Shown one piece after another: positions 16,841 to 25,834 of a stretch of DNA of 40,940 bases. This stretch comes from a virus. Lineage: Duplodnaviria; Caudoviricetes. Position 1 is the first letter of the stretch. Each line of letters opens with the position of its first letter. The translations under genes and the position numbers were made by a program. The notes below the pieces were generated by a model, which saw nothing but the letters and a program-made list of their open reading frames with translations, made no database searches and was not told the DNA's origin. The stretch lies in IMG/VR virus record IMGVR_UViG_3300037483_000108, positions 1 to 40,940 of that record. The stretch is one strand, 5' to 3'.

Positions 16841-17077
16841 TCACTCGTCTAAGAGCCCCGCCGTCCGCAGACTGGAAAGCAGGTTGTTGATTGCCACTTT
16901 ATTTGCGTTCGCCAGAGCTATCGCTGTCGTTAAGTCCGTTGCGTCCGCCGTGGTGACACTGGATACCGCTGCCGCAGACTTGATCCGACCCAGATTGCTA
17001 AACCACTTCGCCCATACACGGTTAAGGCGGCCTTGAATCGTCAGAGGGTCATTAATGGGAGGACTGCCGACGATCAT
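16841..17077 (-). CDS. Small virion/tail protein
   Basis: RVWAKWF motif; located between the tail hub and ejection genes. Confidence 0.65.
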   Translation of the reverse strand: MIVGSPPINDPLTIQGRLNRVWAKWFSNLGRIKSAAAVSSVTTADATDLTTAIALANANKVAINNLLSSLRTAGLLDE

Positions 17078-18516
17078 CAGTTTTTCGTCCGCTCTACGAC
17101 GACTCGCGCACTGACGACGGTCGCCTTAATGGGATCTGTCACTCTCAGTTCAGGCGTGAAATTGTTGAACTGGCCCATCTGCCGCCAGATCGCTCGATTC
17201 TTGTACTTTCCTATCTGGCCTATGGTTCGCCACCGGGAGTTCCCCCAAATGTGGCCGTGGTCTTTAGAAATCCTAAGCATTGCTTGTGGGTCCGAGCCTT
17301 GACCTGATATCAACCCAACGCCCGAATCGAACTCGATTTCCAGTTCGTTGATTGAAAAGTCATCCCCGTCCAGTTCCAGGGTCTGAGCAACAGCAATTCT
17401 CTCCAGCACATCCCCATTATCGTCATAGGCCGTTTCCGAGAGGCTGTAGAGCCTTCCATCTAAAGCATCTCCGACGTATCGCTTGCCATTGAAGTAACAG
17501 TACGTCGCGCCCCGAAATCGCCCCACGCCATAATTCGACCATTGATGCCAACCCAGCTCAGGCGGAAGGCTCATGTTATAGGCCCACGTGACATTAGCCG
17601 TGGGAAACGTTAAGACATAGAAATATGACTTATCCATGCCCTTCATGATGAAGGCGAAGGCGTCGTCAACGACGGTATAACCGGACATGGCCTCTTCCAC
17701 CGCGTCTGTGGAAATGACTTGTGGCGAGAAACCAGCAGTAGCCACGACTTGAGGACCGCCGTTACGGTTCTTGCCCAACCACACCACGGTACTATCGCCT
17801 TTTGCCACTGACCACGGTGCGGCGATGCCCCATTCAATCGCTCCCCCGGGTTGGGACTCAAATGGAAACGTCGCATTGCCGGAGTCGAAATACAGCTCGG
17901 TGGTGAAGTCTCCGAATAGCCACAACTCTTGCTTGTCGACTTCCAGGGCTAACAAATTGTCGGGGTCCACTTCCGCCGTGGCGAAGGCCAGGGACTGCCA
18001 GCCGGTGCCGTCAATCAGGTCCGCCTTCGCCGGATAGACAGTGGAGATGTAAAACTCGCCTGTCCCGGGTTTGTTTATGATGAACCGACCGTGGAGGAAC
18101 TTGACCTGCGTCGCGTCCACGAAATCCAGATCGGTGATCTGGTCTAGGGTTGTTCCGTCCCACAACCAGCCATCAGTCCCGTCCACGATGATCATGTAGA
18201 ACCCGTTGGACGCCATTCCCACTCGACCGGTATAGGTATTGATGGTCCCGCAGGTTGTGTCTGTGTTGCTCGTGTTCTTGGAATAGAGCGTGTTGTAGGA
18301 GACGAAATACAGCTTTCCGATATGCTCGTAGGCGCCCCGGTGAGGCCCTACGGTGTAGGTTCCTTCCAACACCAACCCAGGGCGTTGGTTCAATATCAGT
18401 CGTTTACCGCCGTGGCTATCCGCAAGCTCTGCGTACCAGTTGACGAGTTTCTGCGCGCTAACTGTCTTTGACGTTCTCTCGTTATACGTTCCAGCAAACG
18501 GTATGGGCTCACGCAT
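17077..18516 (-). CDS. Packaged-DNA stabilisation / tail hub protein (P22 gp10-like)
   Basis: FATAEVDPD, LWLFG..TTE, ISTDAVE, VLTFP..N.TW.Y, SKDHGH.W and W..MG motifs. Confidence 0.85.
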   Translation of the reverse strand: MREPIPFAGTYNERTSKTVSAQKLVNWYAELADSHGGKRLILNQRPGLVLEGTYTVGPHRGAYEHIGKLYFVSYNTLYSKNTSNTDTTCGTINTYTGRVGMASNGFYMIIVDGTDGWLWDGTTLDQITDLDFVDATQVKFLHGRFIINKPGTGEFYISTVYPAKADLIDGTGWQSLAFATAEVDPDNLLALEVDKQELWLFGDFTTELYFDSGNATFPFESQPGGAIEWGIAAPWSVAKGDSTVVWLGKNRNGGPQVVATAGFSPQVISTDAVEEAMSGYTVVDDAFAFIMKGMDKSYFYVLTFPTANVTWAYNMSLPPELGWHQWSNYGVGRFRGATYCYFNGKRYVGDALDGRLYSLSETAYDDNGDVLERIAVAQTLELDGDDFSINELEIEFDSGVGLISGQGSDPQAMLRISKDHGHIWGNSRWRTIGQIGKYKNRAIWRQMGQFNNFTPELRVTDPIKATVVSARVVVERTKN

Positions 18517-19237
18517 TATCGGTTTCGATCCGTGAACGACTGTTGCCGGTGAAATAGTCCGGGGTCGTGTTCAGCGGGCGAGAGTTCATCCGCTTAATGT
18601 TGCCCTTCGACGTGCGGGCGATCTCTCTTAGATCAGGATCGACTTCTTTGCCGTACTCAGCCGCTAATAGAATGGCTAGATCGCTCTTTAGCGGCAGTTT
18701 GTATTCGAGCGGGAACGTGTATTCAGTGTTCTCGCTGGCGAACTCCGAAAGCGGCTCCCAACTATCCATATGGAGCGTGTAGGACGCATCTGGCGTGGGG
18801 AAAACGTAAACCTTGCCTTGGGTGTAGGACGTGTCGTAGTAGAGATACTGCGGCATTCCCTGGGCGGTCTTGTCGGGAATCGACATATAGGCGGCGCGGT
18901 CGATGATCTCTACCGGGTAATCGATGTCGCCAACACGCACAAAGGCGCGCTCGATGCGCTGTGGGCGGGTCAGATCAAGCGTGGCGCCTGCGCCGATGGT
19001 GTAGCTGGCCGTACCAGCGACGAGAGAGCCCGTGCGTTGAATGACTGCATAGATAAGCAGCCTTTCTGTCGCCCATGAGGATAGGAGGTCGTTCAACGCC
19101 TCCAATCCATTTTGGATTTGATACGGCTCCGGCGTCTCTTCGGGAGAGATCGCGCGAATCTTCCTCAGTGCGGACAGGATGAGCGTCCTGGCCGTGACTG
19201 TCGCCGTGGCCGACGAGGTAGCCGAGACAATGGCCAT
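18509..19237 (-). CDS. Head-to-tail adaptor (P22 gp4-like)
   Basis: LILSALRKI...GLEALNDLLSSW...LA..LAAEYG pattern; synteny. Confidence 0.75.
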   Translation of the reverse strand: MAIVSATSSATATVTARTLILSALRKIRAISPEETPEPYQIQNGLEALNDLLSSWATERLLIYAVIQRTGSLVAGTASYTIGAGATLDLTRPQRIERAFVRVGDIDYPVEIIDRAAYMSIPDKTAQGMPQYLYYDTSYTQGKVYVFPTPDASYTLHMDSWEPLSEFASENTEYTFPLEYKLPLKSDLAILLAAEYGKEVDPDLREIARTSKGNIKRMNSRPLNTTPDYFTGNSRSRIETDNA

Positions 19238-19453
19238 TTATTGCGCCTTGCAGTGCTTGATGTGCATGGTGATACCTCGCGCAAACTCTTTGCCGCACTT
19301 GGGGCACTTTGGGCATGCGTTTGCCGGTTGTAGCTTCTTACCGTAGAACTCCGCCTCGGACACGCTGCGCCAGCCGGACTTTTCGTTGGCCTCGGCCTCT
19401 TGAGTGCTCATGGCGAAGTGCTTGCCGTGCTCGTCGTGGACTTGGTAGATCAT
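19238..19453 (-). CDS. Small protein with C-terminal C2H2-like zinc finger
   Basis: CPKCGKEFARGITMHIKHC. Confidence 0.65.
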   Translation of the reverse strand: MIYQVHDEHGKHFAMSTQEAEANEKSGWRSVSEAEFYGKKLQPANACPKCPKCGKEFARGITMHIKHCKAQ

Positions 19454-19959
19454 GCGTTGAACCCAATTTCGAATCCGATATTGCCGGCAGAAGCGACCGC
19501 ACCTTGTACAACGCGAATGCCGTAGCCTTTTGGCACGATGACGGGCCCTTTATCGCATAGCATTTCCGTCATTTGTCCCATATAAGCGGCTGCCGATGTT
19601 TCCTCTGCAAAAATCGAAGCCCACGTAATGACGCTACCGGCTGTTGCGCCTCCCGTCGGGGTCAGCCGCGCGGTGATGCTCGGGTCTACATCTTGGCCTT
19701 TTGGGTTGTTTTTCGTGAGCGTCGCCGCTGTTAGCGCGGTGCCGTTGTAGGTCGCTGCTGTTCCACCCGTACCGATAGCAGTGGTGTACGTCAGGAATAG
19801 ATCAATGCCCAATGTAACAGTGACCGCGACCGCGCCCGATACAATAGGATGGACATGCTGGATATCTACATCGGAATCCGAATTGTTGAACAGGTCGAAA
19901 TAGACCAGATTCGCGCCTACCGCTTGTGCCGGCACGAATAGCCGATAGTTGTGGCTCAT
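19450..19959 (-). CDS. Hypothetical virion-associated protein
   Basis: Thr/Ala/Gly-rich beta protein in the head module; GGAGC RBS. Confidence 0.65.
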   Translation of the reverse strand: MSHNYRLFVPAQAVGANLVYFDLFNNSDSDVDIQHVHPIVSGAVAVTVTLGIDLFLTYTTAIGTGGTAATYNGTALTAATLTKNNPKGQDVDPSITARLTPTGGATAGSVITWASIFAEETSAAAYMGQMTEMLCDKGPVIVPKGYGIRVVQGAVASAGNIGFEIGFNA

Positions 19960-20636
19960 TGTTGTTCCTCGCTGCCGCCGGGTTGCCTAAGTAGGAATTG
20001 GTGGTAATTGCCGGGGCACGCCCGGTCGCCGCTGTGGTGGTCTAGATTCAGGTTAGGGACGATCCAGATATCCCCGCCCAGGTCGCGCCAGCGACGGGCG
20101 AATGCATAGTCCTCACCCCACCACGTTCCGCCGAATGCGCCGTGGTTGAAAAGGTCAACCGACGGGTTGTACTTCGGGCCGTAACACAACTCGGGATAAG
20201 CGGTCATGAACCGGCCCACGGCCTCTTTCGTGATCTTGAGGAAGCCCGCCGGGATGCTGTGCGCCTTGATGCAGCCATCCTCTCGCGCAATGGGGCGTCC
20301 ATCGTTGCTGGTGATCAGGGCGCCCATGTATTCCTCTTCGTCCTTCTTGAAGCGATACACGCCCGAGACCACGTCTCCTTCGGTCTCGATGAGTTTTAAC
20401 AGGTCGCCGGGACTCCAGGACAAGTCGTGATCGATGAAAACGATGACATCGGCTTTTGCGTCCAGCGCTTTACGCAACATGGTTGCGCGGGCATGAGAGA
20501 TGTACGGACAGCCGATTTCGTGGACTACACCCTCTTCCCACCCCGCTTCACGGATGAGCGGAATGGAGGCTTCCAAGCTGTCAAGGCAGACTTGATAGGG
20601 TTTGGTGATCGTGGGAATGCAGAAAATGACCTTCAT
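19956..20636 (-). CDS. GT-A fold glycosyltransferase-like protein
   Basis: KVIFCIP start, ISHAR, VFIDHD (DxD), VSGVY, PAGFLKI, GEDYAFARRW, L.H motifs. Confidence 0.8.
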   Translation of the reverse strand: MKVIFCIPTITKPYQVCLDSLEASIPLIREAGWEEGVVHEIGCPYISHARATMLRKALDAKADVIVFIDHDLSWSPGDLLKLIETEGDVVSGVYRFKKDEEEYMGALITSNDGRPIAREDGCIKAHSIPAGFLKITKEAVGRFMTAYPELCYGPKYNPSVDLFNHGAFGGTWWGEDYAFARRWRDLGGDIWIVPNLNLDHHSGDRACPGNYHQFLLRQPGGSEEQQ

Positions 20637-20666
20637 AAAGAAAGCCCCCGACCGAAGCCGGGGGCG
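20637..20666 (-). terminator. Rho-independent terminator after the coat/decoration genes
   Basis: Minus strand GCCCCCGGC-TTCG-GTCGGGGGC-TTTCTTT. Confidence 0.75.
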
Positions 20667-20672
20667 TTCGCC

Positions 20673-20909
20673 TTACACCGTGGCCCACACGCCCAACCCT
20701 ATCAGGGTTTTCTGAATCTCCTGAAGCGCGGCGAGTTGGGTGGCACCGAAGTCGGTGGAGGTGGCCAGCGCGCTGGTGGCGTGTACGGCGGAGCTGTACG
20801 CACGTTGAGCGACTGGGGCCACACCGTAAAACCCGACTTTGTCGGCGGCAACATTGCCGAGCATGACGCCATCCGGACGACCGTCCGAGAGGTAGTTATA
20901 GTCTGCCAT
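20673..20909 (-). CDS. Small capsid-associated protein (possible decoration)
   Basis: Directly after the coat gene; KVGFYG..PVAQ motif; AGGAG RBS. Confidence 0.7.
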   Translation of the reverse strand: MADYNYLSDGRPDGVMLGNVAADKVGFYGVAPVAQRAYSSAVHATSALATSTDFGATQLAALQEIQKTLIGLGVWATV

Positions 20910-20961
20910 TTCTGTATCTCCTGAAATTGAAGCGGGGCGGCTGTTACACCGCCCCTATGGG

Positions 20962-22197
20962 TTAGGCGTTGGCGGCACCGATCATGCGACAGGCCCACTG
21001 CGGGCGCAGCGAAGCCATGCCGTAGAGGATGTCGAGACGCATCAAGAGTTCGTCGTTGCGGATGTCCGAACCCATCCACACACGCACGCTCAGGCCGTCC
21101 TGCATCCGACGCACGCACTTGTGGGCGTCGTCCATCAGCGGCAAATCTGCTGTGATGAACTGGAACGCCTCGGGGTGGTACATCAAGCTCTGCACGTAGT
21201 TGGTGGACGCCGCACCGACGAACACCAGCGCCGCCGTGGTAAGACCCGACGGGGTGATGTCCGCACCAGTGGCAGCCGCCACGTTCTTCTTCGCCCCGGT
21301 GATGTAGATGGTCGGGGAGATGACCGGGACGGTGTCGGACGCGGTGATGACGGTGAATTGCTTGAGGTGAGGATAAGCGGCCTTCGTTTCCGGATGGCAG
21401 TCGTACACACCAGCGATGGTGAAAACCATACCAGCCGTAATGCCGGTCGCGCCGGTAATCGTGATCTGGTCGTCCCCATCAATGATGGTGTACGTGTCCA
21501 GGGTGACCGTGGTCACGTCCGAACCGTTGGACATGGTCCATACACGCTCATTCTCGTAGAAGTCAGCCATGCCCGTGCGCGAGATGAAGCCTTCGCGGTT
21601 GCGCTCGCTAACGTCTTTACCTGGAGCGAAATACGCCGCCGTACCGTTGACGATGGTCGCCATGGTCACGGAGTCCGTCTGCACATTACGGCGATCCTTC
21701 GGAGCCAGCGCCTGATTGAGTTTGGCGCGCGCCTTGCCTGGGACTTCCAGCGTGGTCAGCGCCGTACCAGCAGTGCCGGCCACGTTAGCCACTCGCTTGG
21801 AGACGTAGGCGAGGAAGTCGGACTCGATGCCGGAGCACATCGTTGCCACTGCGGGCTCAATGTAGTTCTTCGACAAGTCATCGAAGGCCGCGCCGGAGTT
21901 GACCGACTGAATCAGCTCGGCACTGTTAAACTTCATGTCCACACCGTCCTGCGTGGCGACGGTGATGGTCTGCGTGGATTCGTTCTGGTCCTGCACGTCC
22001 ATGACGCGGGAACCCTGCCGACGGACGTACTGGTTGGGCTCACGAACACGGAGGGTCGCGCCTTGCTTGCCTCGACCGTTGTCCTTGAACGATTCGTCAT
22101 ATTGACGATCCACGGTGCCGATGAAGGTCAGCTTCTCATGTGCAATACGAAGGGCCTCCTTCGTCACCATATCGACTACTTTGAAAGTGTTTGACAT
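20962..22197 (-). CDS. Major capsid protein (P22 gp5-like)
   Basis: GATLRVREP, FTIAGV, YHPEAF....DLP and RLDILYG...RPQW motifs. Confidence 0.93.
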   Translation of the reverse strand: MSNTFKVVDMVTKEALRIAHEKLTFIGTVDRQYDESFKDNGRGKQGATLRVREPNQYVRRQGSRVMDVQDQNESTQTITVATQDGVDMKFNSAELIQSVNSGAAFDDLSKNYIEPAVATMCSGIESDFLAYVSKRVANVAGTAGTALTTLEVPGKARAKLNQALAPKDRRNVQTDSVTMATIVNGTAAYFAPGKDVSERNREGFISRTGMADFYENERVWTMSNGSDVTTVTLDTYTIIDGDDQITITGATGITAGMVFTIAGVYDCHPETKAAYPHLKQFTVITASDTVPVISPTIYITGAKKNVAAATGADITPSGLTTAALVFVGAASTNYVQSLMYHPEAFQFITADLPLMDDAHKCVRRMQDGLSVRVWMGSDIRNDELLMRLDILYGMASLRPQWACRMIGAANA

Positions 22198-22250
22198 AAA
22201 AAATCTCCAGCTACGGGATGGGCCGACGCTTCACAGCGAGGGCGAACGGG

Positions 22251-23033
22251 TTATCGCGCCGAGATGATCTTCTTGCGCCAGGCCGCGAACTCCTTCGGAG
22301 ACATATCGGCGGGGTCTTTCTCGACCTCGGCACGATTCCCTACGGGTTTGATTGGCTCTGGCGCCTTGCTGGCGCGCTTGGTGGGCGTTTCTGAAAGTTT
22401 GGCTTCCAACTTGCCCAGTTCTCTTACTGCCGCGATCGGTGGAAGACGGGCGATGCGGGCGGATTCCTTGGGGTTCTGTCCAAGGTGGTACAGAAGATCG
22501 GGACCGAGTTCAGATGACATAATCGCCATCGACATCGCTTCGGAGATCGGTACGTCCTCACTGAATGCGACCTCTTCAAAATCTTCGTACTTCTCTGCCG
22601 CCTGCTCTACTCGTTCGGCGAAAGTGCTACGCACCTCGTCAAACTCTCGTTTAGCGCGCTCCTGTTGTGATTCCTCTTCCCGCTTCTTCTCCCGCTCCGT
22701 GTACTTCTGTTCGGCCTTGTAGTCGGCCAGGGCTTCGAGATAGTCCTCGTAGCTCTGGTACTGATCGACCTTGGGCTTATCGTCGGTCTTCGGTTGGGAT
22801 GCTTCGGGCTTGGCCTTCATGGCCTGTTCGCGCCAATACTCTTTTTCGCGTCTTGCGTCTTCTCGTTCGCGGACAAGTTCTCCAATACGTTTCTGGACGC
22901 CGCCTTTTTTGGGCTTGTCCGCAGGGGTATCGCCTGATTCCGGGGTGGCCGATGCCTCGGTATTTACGGCCTCTTCGCCAGTAGTGGCGGGAACTTCGGG
23001 TGTTTCAGGTGTTGAACCTTCTTCGATTGACAT
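22251..23033 (-). CDS. Scaffolding protein
   Basis: Charged helical protein, KRI.EL, GPDLLYHLG.NP, APEPIKP; precedes the coat gene; GGAG RBS at ATG 23033. Confidence 0.85.
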   Translation of the reverse strand: MSIEEGSTPETPEVPATTGEEAVNTEASATPESGDTPADKPKKGGVQKRIGELVREREDARREKEYWREQAMKAKPEASQPKTDDKPKVDQYQSYEDYLEALADYKAEQKYTEREKKREEESQQERAKREFDEVRSTFAERVEQAAEKYEDFEEVAFSEDVPISEAMSMAIMSSELGPDLLYHLGQNPKESARIARLPPIAAVRELGKLEAKLSETPTKRASKAPEPIKPVGNRAEVEKDPADMSPKEFAAWRKKIISAR

Positions 23034-23102
23034 GTGCGCTCCAGGAAGCGGAAAGGTCTGTCTCACGACAGTCCGGCCCCGTTAAGCCAACGGGTAGACA
23101 TG

Positions 23103-23127
23103 AGAAAGCCCGCTCTAGGCGGGCTAT
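23103..23127 (-). terminator. Rho-independent terminator
   Basis: Minus strand AGCCCGC-CTAGA-GCGGGCT-TTCT. Confidence 0.55.
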
Positions 23128-23155
23128 AAATTTGCTGCTGTTGCTATTCTTGTTA

Positions 23156-23344
23156 TCAGAGCGATGCTATCCGTCCGAACGACGCTATCAATCCTGTCGG
23201 CTCGATCTTGAAATCAACCAACTTGCCATTTTGGTCATAGGTTGCCTTGCTGCCCATGCCGACGTATTTCTCGCCGTCGAACTCGATCCATGACCTAAAT
23301 TCGGCGTAGCCATGTGGGGCCATCACATCAATGTTCTCGTTCAT
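23156..23344 (-). CDS. Hypothetical protein
   Basis: ATGA coupling with the portal; GAGG RBS. Confidence 0.6.
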   Translation of the reverse strand: MNENIDVMAPHGYAEFRSWIEFDGEKYVGMGSKATYDQNGKLVDFKIEPTGLIASFGRIASL

Positions 23345-25311
23345 GCCGCCTCTTGCTTGTTACCCTGCTTGGCAATGAGGTCAGAGACCATCTCTGCCAA
23401 GACGTTAAACTTCTGTTCCATCTCGTCGGATTGGCCCATTAACGTGCCTTCGACCTGCATGCGTTTGGTCTCGGCGTCGAACTTCTTCACTTCGACCTCG
23501 GCGGCTTTCAATTCCAACTCCGCCTGCTTGCCCTCTGCGGCGGCCATCGTCTCTTGCAACTGGGCCTGTAGCTGCTCGACCATCTGCTGCATCTGCATGA
23601 CTTGCGGGTCTTGCTCTTCGTCATCCGTTCCCGGCGGTTTCAGACGCTCAGCCACCTCTTCCGCGCCCGGCCAGTCCATGTTCCTGAACATGATGTCGCC
23701 GATAGTAGCCATCAGTTCTGGATTGCCCTGTAAGAGCTGCACCATCGCTTCGGCTGCCTCTTGGCGCTTGGTCGTGTAACTGGGACCAACAGAGACCGTC
23801 ACGTCGTACTTGCCGATATTGAGGTTGTAGATCTTCTCGATGTCCTTGCCCTTCGGCACTTCCCTAATCGCCATCTCTTGCTCAGGATCGATCTTGGCGT
23901 GTTCCGGCGTACCGTCTTCACCCAGGATGCGGACAATGCGCTGTGTGTCATAAATCTTGGGGATCAGGTCCACCAGGATGCGGCCGGCGTGCCTGATAGA
24001 CCTGGACAGGTTGTCGATGTAATGGAAAGTCGCGGTGTCGCCTTCCCTCTGACGGGCGAGAATGGCCTTGCCGCTCTTCTCGTTGCTCTCTGCGCCGACG
24101 GAGGCTTGGTACATGCCGAGCGAGCCTTGTATGCCCTGCTCTGAGTTCTGCATGACCTGGAGCCAGCCAGACGAGATGCCGGGCATCTGCTGTCTCTGCG
24201 GGGCGGGCACGAGGTGTCCATCAACTGTGGTCGGCTTGTACGGAAGTCCGGCGACGTTCTCGCGGTTGGCCCGTTGCCATTGGTCCTCGTAGCCTTCAAC
24301 TTGCCCTTCGGCGTAGACAAACGGAGCTTTCGGAGCAAGAGCAACATTTTCAACGAACGACGAGGACGCGTAATTGTAGATACGCTGGGAATCCATCGCC
24401 GCCTTGAGCATGCCGGAGGTAATCAGCTTGCCTTCGATGTCCAACTCGTTGCCGATGACCTTGACGATGGGTATCCACTTGCCGGGCCAGGCGCGCTCCT
24501 CCAGCACCACCTTGCCGTTGATCTTCTGCCACATAACCTCGTTAATGGTGGTCTTGCGGGTCTTGACGATCTGTACGCCTTCTGGCACTTCGTCCTTCGG
24601 CAATACGCGCCCGTCTGGCAATAAGGCGATCTCAACCTCTTTCTGGCGGTAGAAGAAATACTCAGCAACACGGACTTTCTCTTCCGTCTCCCAGTCCTTG
24701 AAGTCCTCCCCATCCACCTCGAAGTTAACCAGCTCCTCACCGGGGAACTGGTTCTTGTGCTCATCCTTGGTGATGTCTTCAATAACGAAGCCGAACTTGA
24801 TGTCGGATGCGTCTGGCTCCTGGTGGTCTGGGTCCACATAAACTGTAAAACGGTTACGGACCCGTTGAATCTTGATGTCCTGATCAAAGGACATCTCATC
24901 GGCGTAATCCGTGAGGATACGGAAGAATCCGAAGCCACCGTCTAGGGCTTGCTCGAAGGCGGTGTCATAGGCCAGATCGGCCTTTGAGGTGTCCTCGATG
25001 TGCCGGACGATACCCTGGTAAATCTCCGCGACCTCGATGTCTGCACCATCATCTACCGGACGAACCTTGATCGCCGGTCTATTCTGCCGCTGGTCGTTCT
25101 TGACCTGGTTGATGTACTGGTTGGTCTTATCGACAACGAGACACGGACTCCCGCGCTTCTCCCGATCTTCCTTGATCGCATCCGGCCATTGATTCAGCGC
25201 ACGGAACTCTAGCGCCTCCTTGGCGTGCTTGCGGTTGTCCTTGTCGGCCTCGATACAGCGCGCCAAACGTTTGCGGGCGAGCTTTAGCGGGTCTTTTTTG
25301 TCTTCGGCCAT
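23341..25311 (-). CDS. Portal protein (P22 gp1-like)
   Basis: QWP...R..P.L..., GFGFFR, SGKAILARQ, IPKIYDT.R..RI.GEDG, GKYDVTVSVGPSYTTKRQEA motifs. Confidence 0.93.
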   Translation of the reverse strand: MAEDKKDPLKLARKRLARCIEADKDNRKHAKEALEFRALNQWPDAIKEDREKRGSPCLVVDKTNQYINQVKNDQRQNRPAIKVRPVDDGADIEVAEIYQGIVRHIEDTSKADLAYDTAFEQALDGGFGFFRILTDYADEMSFDQDIKIQRVRNRFTVYVDPDHQEPDASDIKFGFVIEDITKDEHKNQFPGEELVNFEVDGEDFKDWETEEKVRVAEYFFYRQKEVEIALLPDGRVLPKDEVPEGVQIVKTRKTTINEVMWQKINGKVVLEERAWPGKWIPIVKVIGNELDIEGKLITSGMLKAAMDSQRIYNYASSSFVENVALAPKAPFVYAEGQVEGYEDQWQRANRENVAGLPYKPTTVDGHLVPAPQRQQMPGISSGWLQVMQNSEQGIQGSLGMYQASVGAESNEKSGKAILARQREGDTATFHYIDNLSRSIRHAGRILVDLIPKIYDTQRIVRILGEDGTPEHAKIDPEQEMAIREVPKGKDIEKIYNLNIGKYDVTVSVGPSYTTKRQEAAEAMVQLLQGNPELMATIGDIMFRNMDWPGAEEVAERLKPPGTDDEEQDPQVMQMQQMVEQLQAQLQETMAAAEGKQAELELKAAEVEVKKFDAETKRMQVEGTLMGQSDEMEQKFNVLAEMVSDLIAKQGNKQEAA

Positions 25312-25490
25312 TAGCTGATTAGCACCGTCAGGGCAATGGCAATCATGAGCAGGTAGAAGGTCTCAATGGCCTTGTTTCGCAGGCCATACCAGAACGCTTC
25401 CCACTTGGACGGGCCGACCATCGTCATTGTGACGACCATCTCTGGACGCAGTGGCTTGTAGCCGTATTCGATTTTCATTAGTTCGCTCAT
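25311..25490 (-). CDS. Small membrane protein (59 aa)
   Basis: MSELMKIEYG...FYLLMIAIALTVLIS; coupled on both sides; not in the ORF track. Confidence 0.55.
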   Translation of the reverse strand: MSELMKIEYGYKPLRPEMVVTMTMVGPSKWEAFWYGLRNKAIETFYLLMIAIALTVLIS

Positions 25491-25834
25491 GCCATCGCCG
25501 GAAGTTGGATCAGATCGTTAACGGAGATCCCTCGCTTCTTCATCTCATCGACAAGCAACTTGACTGCCACGCTGCGCGACTCCTTCTTCTGGTCTTCGGT
25601 CACGACCTCGCCGTAAATGGGCTGCATCACACCGAATTGCACCCGGCCATTACTCACATCGTGGCGTACCAGAGTTCTGTCCGTATAGATGTCATAGGCA
25701 AAATTCTCGCGGACGAGTCCGAGCGTCTGCTGGTTCTTCTGCGCAGGCGTACTTTCGCTAACAAGCGCCAACGACGGCACGGCAGCAATCGCCGGGACGG
25801 TCGCAATCAGCTTGAGAAAGTTTCGTCTGTTCAT
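25487..25834 (-). CDS. Hypothetical protein with twin-arginine-like N-terminus
   Basis: MNRRNFLK followed by a hydrophobic stretch. Confidence 0.65.
   Translation of the reverse strand: MNRRNFLKLIATVPAIAAVPSLALVSESTPAQKNQQTLGLVRENFAYDIYTDRTLVRHDVSNGRVQFGVMQPIYGEVVTEDQKKESRSVAVKLLVDEMKKRGISVNDLIQLPAMA

Noticed and set aside
21121-22194. 357-aa + strand ORF and other long antisense ORFs (60..920, 14305..14847, 32240..32848)
   Set aside because: They lie antisense to well-supported genes; shadow ORFs are expected at this GC content; no recognisable motifs
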